The notes beneath the pieces were generated by a model. The model searched no databases and was not told the origin of the DNA. It saw only the letters and a list, made by a program, of their open reading frames with translations. The position numbers and the translations under genes are program-made. A DNA stretch of 62,922 bases, counting the filler, from Chrysochromulina tobinii (lineage: Eukaryota), in assembly GCA_001275005.1 (NCBI GenBank). It is 8 parts of 8 records of this genome, joined end to end, with 100 filler letters (N's around TTAATTAATTAA, not from the genome) between each part and the next. Parts side by side here need not be neighbours in the genome. Positions count along the whole stretch, not along the records: positions 54,881 to 60,704 come from JWZX01000262.1; positions 60,805 to 62,922 come from JWZX01000268.1; 6 more parts are not named here. The stretch is one strand, 5' to 3'. How positions within the stretch are numbered: the stretch's first letter is position 1; each line of letters starts with the position of its first letter. Positions 58,348-62,922 of this stretch are shown piece after piece.

Positions 58348-60704
58348 CTGCTCTCGCAGCCGGCACCCCTCCGGCGCCGCCGCATCCCGACGAGATTGCT
58401 CGAGCTGCGCCTCCGCCTTCGTGCGCGCCGCCTCCGCCTCGCTCAGCTGTGACTGTGAATGTGAACGAGATCCGATCAGGGGCGCCGCGGTGAGCACGTC
58501 GTATTGAGCTCCATCAGTGGCTATCAGCGGAGGCCATCATCAGAGGCAATCAGTGGCACTCAATGACCCTGAGCCGCAGTGCTCATCAGAGCTCCTTCAT
58601 CTCAGATCAGACGCAATCAGACGCAATCAGTCACCTGCGCCGTCGCGAGCGCCGACGCGACCGCCCCCTCGGAGCTCAGCAGAGATTGCATCTCCGAGAG
58701 CTCGGCCAGTGAGCCCTGATGAGCTGCAATCTTGGCCCGGAGATGCTGCTCCTCCGTGGCCGTGTGCGCGAGCAGCCCCGATTTCTCCTGCGCGAGATTG
58801 TGGTTTGTCACCTCGAGCTCCGCCCCGCAAGATCGGAGCGAGAGCTCAGCTGCCGCGTGCTCCTGCGAGCTCATCGTCGAGCGCTCCTGCCACCGAGAGG
58901 GGCGCAAGAGGGAGGGCGCACTCAGATCGCAATCAGATCGCAATCAGGGCGCAATTAGTGCGCAATCAGGGCGCAATCAGTTATCATCAATGGTCATCAG
59001 TGGTCATCAGCGGTCGTCATCAAATGCCATCAGGAGTCATTAGGGGCCATCAGTCACACCTGCTCGTCCTTCATCGGCTTGAGGCGAGCTTCGTCAGCAC
59101 GGAACGCCATCTCCTGCATCTTCTGACTCTCCTGCCAAATTAGGGAGGTCCTCATCATGCAATCAGAGATGCACTCAGAGACGGGCTCGATCGCGACCGC
59201 GTGCTCGCCTGCTGTGCGGGCAATCAAGGACAATGAAAGGCAATCAAAAGGGATATCGAGGGTATATCGAGGGAGATCGAGGGAGATCGCACCTGCTGTG
59301 CGGCGGAGAGGGCCGATCGCAGCACCGCGGCGGTTTCGTCAGATTCTGCCTCGTGTTGCCTTATCTGCACCTCGACCTGCCAAGTTGAGGAGGCATCAGA
59401 CGCTCTGGAGAGGCTCCATCTAGGCTCCATCAGTGGTCATCGGTGTCATCAGTGGTCATCATGCGCCATCTGTGGTCATCAGGCGCCATCTGTGGTCATC
59501 AGGCGCCATCTGTGGTCATCAGGCGCCATCTGTGGTCATCAGGCGCCATCTGTGGTCATCAGGCGCCATCTGTGGTCACCAGGCGCCATCAGTGGTCATC
59601 AGGCGCCCGCATCTGTGGTCATCACAGGCGTCATCTGTGGTCATCAGACGCCATCAGTGGTCATCGAGGCGCCGGTGACTTGATGACATCGGATTGCCTC
59701 GGATGACCCCTGATGACCACTGACTTGACCACAATCAGTGGCTATCGGAGGCCATCGGCGAGATAGCACCTGCTCTCGATGAGGGAGGCAATCAGTGGCA
59801 ATCAGAGGCCATCCGCGAGATCGCACCTGTGAATGTGAACGAGATCCGATCACGCTCACACTCAGGGGGGTCATCAGAGGCGCACCACTCAGAGGCCATC
59901 AAGAGGCCATCAAGAGGCCATTCACGTGCCTCGCCTGCACGGTGTGACGATCGAGTTCAATCAAGAGGCAATCAATGACCCTGAGCGACACAGTGGTCAC
60001 CAGAGCTCCTCCATCTTAGAACAGACGCAATCAGACGCAATCAGTCACCTGGAGCGCTGTCCCGAGCGTGACGAGCTGCCCGAGGGGGAGGGCGGCCTTG
60101 GCTTCGTTCCCGACGCTCTCGGCCGGCATGGCAGCGGGGAGAGTCCCGATGGGGAGCTGCGCTGAGACGAACGGCGAGCCAACGCAGTGCGCGCGGTGCT
60201 TGCCCATCTGCGCCTCCGTCCGCGCTACCCTCTCGGGCGCTTCTTCGTTCTCGAGCACCACCGAGCCCGCGCCCGCCTCGTCGGGTGGCAGGGGGAGGCA
60301 CGCATAGACGAGCGTGGCTGAGCCGAGCGATGATGGCAAGGTCTTGAGGGAGTCGCCCAGGGAGCGCACGAGCCCGTGCGCGAGGGCGGGCGAGCTCATG
60401 AGCATGGAGGGCGTCGCGTCCAAGTCGGGCGAGCCCGCGTTCGAGCCACCGTCGGGGCGGCCCGTGGCCAGGTCCCTGCTCGTCAGCGCGACGAGCTCCA
60501 CGGGCGAGAGTGGCGGCGCGGGCGCGGGCGAGGGCATCTCGAGCAGCTCGAGAGCATCCAGCTGTCCGCCCATCTCGGGCAGCTCCTCCGTGTGCTCGAG
60601 CATGGGCTCGTCCTCGCGCACGCACCGCCACATGTCGAGCACCTCCTCCACGTCGTAGGGCTCGGGCTCGGCTTGGGGACGCGGGAGCGCGTCGAGGAAG
60701 CGCT
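58348..60704 (-). CDS. Multi-exon coiled-coil gene (5'-partial); exons 60704-60049, 59376-59293, 59131-59060, 58886-58635, 58452-58348; may splice in frame into the ubiquitin-AP2 ORF at 58131
   Basis: All junctions are CAG|GT...CAG phase 0; internal exon lengths 84, 72, 252 and 105 nt are multiples of three and stop-free; introns are filled with TGATTGC/TGATGAC microrepeats. Confidence 0.65.
59445..59670. repeat. Intronic 20-nt tandem array catctgtggtcatcaggcgc
   Basis: Several perfect and degenerate consecutive copies. Confidence 0.9.
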
Positions 60705-60804
60705 NNNNNNNNNNNNNNNNNNNNNNNNNNNNNNNNNNNNNNNNNNNNTTAATTAATTAANNNNNNNNNNNNNNNNNNNNNNNNNNNNNNNNNNNNNNNN
60801 NNNN
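60705..60804. other. Artificial contig spacer
   Basis: N44-TTAATTAATTAA-N44. Confidence 0.97.
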
Positions 60805-61730
60805 TACTTGCTGTCGAGTCGGACGTGAGTCTGAAACATTCGGCGCTGTGGTGCCTGGGGTGGCTTGCGGCTTTGATCGCGCCGTTCTTAATCTTCTTGT
60901 TGATGGTGTCGTGAACGACGTGGTGTTCCGCTCGTATGCAGCCGTGCTCTGCCTGGAGCGCGACGCCGTGGCGAGCCGTCGGGGCGCGACGCATTTTGAG
61001 AGCGGCGTACTTGCTGTCGAGTCGGACGAGAGCGGTTTGATCGTGGGGCTGATGGGGGTTGACTCTCTGACTGATGAGCGCGGCGGCGAGGTGCGTAGCG
61101 GTGGGATCTAACGCTCAGGTAACGCCGCGAGGCGCTCCATGAGTCGTCTTCAGGGGCAAGCAACAGAAGGGCGATGGGGCGCTCGCTCCGGCACTGAGTG
61201 GCGCTCGCTCAGCCGAGCGGGCAGGCTTCTGCGTGCGCAGGTGTGGTTGTGGTCAGGGTGAATGAGACGTGCATCGGGCTCGCAGAGCGTGCGCACCGAT
61301 ACGGCGCCGCGTCGCACGTCAGCGGTCAGGGCCATATTCATACAGTGTGCGGGACGAGTCATTCCCGGGAAAATGGAATCCACGGAATTAGTTGGGGTGG
61401 TAGATCCTGATCGTGCTGCATCCCGTCCGCCCACGTCGCCGCTCGCGACGCGACCAACCGATTGGTCGAACATGGCGTCTAGTCTTCTACACGCTGAGCG
61501 TCTTCGGTCTTGGTATGGTGTTTGTTGTGGCGTTGTGACTCAGACGAGACACGCCCCTGGAGAGTGCCCACAGAGTGGAGCGTGAGTCCGTCACCGCTCC
61601 CTCACCGGGGTTTCTACCGGGGGGGGGGAGGAACGTAGGGGAAACGTGGCACGTTGGGGGGATGTCGTTGTTCGTAACGCGAATTCAACCTATATACATT
61701 CAACGCGCTGAGATCGTGACAATTTATGTG

Positions 61731-62426
61731 TCAGGGAGGGTCCTGCTCCCACATTCGCCCAGCCCCCTCCCAAGCATGCCGCGCTCTCTCCTGTGCCTGC
61801 TCTGCCGCGAGTGTGGGCTCGAGCGTCTGAAGCACGCTGGTGAGGGCTCGCTGGTAGCGCGCAGCAGCGGCTGCCTCTGTCCGTCGGATGGCCTCGGCCA
61901 CGGCCTCCGCGATCTGGAGTGTGAGCGTTGCGTCGGGGGCGCGGGTACTGCCACAGCCGCTGACGCTGCCCGAGGCACTGGTGGAAACACTGGTGGTGGC
62001 GCTGCTGCTTCTGAGGGCTGCCGCGCGGCTGGGAGCATGGCTTGCTGGCATCGCTACGGGAAGTTCCCAATCCGCATCATCGGCGGGCGCTTGCGTCGCA
62101 GATCCGAAGAATGAGTACACGTGCGGCAGTTTGGTAGCAGAGCGATCGTCGGCATTGTCGTCATCGTCCTCGTCGTCCGTGCTGATGATGCTGTCGGGCA
62201 GCCCCTCCTTGCCGTCGCGGTCGTACAAGGTGCGCGTGCTCTTGTTCTTCAGCACTGCCCACGCCTCGTTGATGGCCTGCAGCTTTGTCTGGGCCTCCTG
62301 CGAGCTATTCTTGTCAGGGTGCAGCGCTCGTGCGAGCTGCATGTATTTTGTGCGGATCTATTTCGCCGTCGCGGTCGGGACGACGCCAAGAATGCTGTAG
62401 TAGCTGCTGCTGTGATACATGTGCAT
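61731..62426 (-). pseudogene. J-domain (DnaJ/Hsp40-type) protein with in-frame TAG at 62358-62360
   Basis: YYSILGVVPTATAK*IRTKYMQLARALHPDKN..KLQAINEAWAVLKNKSTRTLYDRDG; HPD motif intact. Confidence 0.75.
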
Positions 62427-62794
62427 GTTGAAGTACGATGGATTGTGATGGTTATACGCAGAGCAGAGCGACACCTCTTGTGTGAGTCACTTCCAACGAG
62501 AAGAAGTTACACACGACGACGTTACTTTTTCTGTCATTGGTTGTGCATGCAAGCAGCTTTCGCGGTCTCCACGTGCCAAAGGGGGAGAAGCGCGCGCCCG
62601 AACTTCCCGTACCTCAAACAAGCGCAACCGAGTACTCCCGTAGCCAGCCGAGTAGGAAAGAGTGGGCGGAGAGAGGTGCTTGTTTGCTTACAATGTACTT
62701 GCTTGATCTCCAGCTCGTAGGATTTTCCTACGAACCTGGGCCCCAGGCGATGAATTGGCAATTCAAAAAGCCCATGAGGGACGCACCAGGGTGC

Positions 62795-62922
62795 GGGGGG
62801 GTTTCCTATACAAATTGGGGGGGGGTCCTATACAATACGTATCCTGATGTATCGTGATGTATCCTGCGTGTATCCTGAAGGATACATGTATCCCTCATGT
62901 ATCCTGATGTATCTCAAATGTA
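62795..62922. repeat. G-run/cctatacaa duplication followed by a gtatcctgat tandem array; possible transposon end
   Basis: G-run + cctatacaa occurs twice, then about 10-nt gtatcc(t/g)gat units to the window end. Confidence 0.55.

Overview
Eight unrelated-looking contig pieces (1-12356, 12457-23092, 23193-26735, 26836-43149, 43250-49162, 49263-54780, 54881-60704, 60805-62922) joined by identical artificial 100-nt spacers (N44-TTAATTAATTAA-N44), so adjacency across spacers is not biological evidence. The DNA is a GC-rich, intron-containing eukaryotic nuclear genome. A haptophyte alga (Chrysochromulina/Prymnesium-like) is my inference from the Pro-rich secreted mosaics, AP2 arrays and repeat-filled introns. 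Recognisable genes: p300/CBP-type histone acetyltransferase, tandem SAM methyltransferase, two glycosyltransferase-like genes, DNRLRE-domain secreted protein, triple-PH protein, a kinesin-alpha/beta-hydrolase-RING mosaic, an EF-hand/NADP-oxidoreductase fusion, MCMBP, a PAN/trefoil/LamG/F-lectin mosaic, a TPR-GT15 mannosyltransferase, a ubiquitin-AP2 fusion and a DnaJ with an in-frame stop. The most striking signal is a family of spliceosomal introns built from (C/G)TGATTGC-type microrepeats. They are bounded by 10-26-nt direct duplications of the neighbouring exon or junction, and the duplication supplies one splice site. This looks like ongoing, introner-like intron creation, including tandem/stacked copies with zero-length exons. 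All domain calls are by-eye motif recognition; no searches were run.
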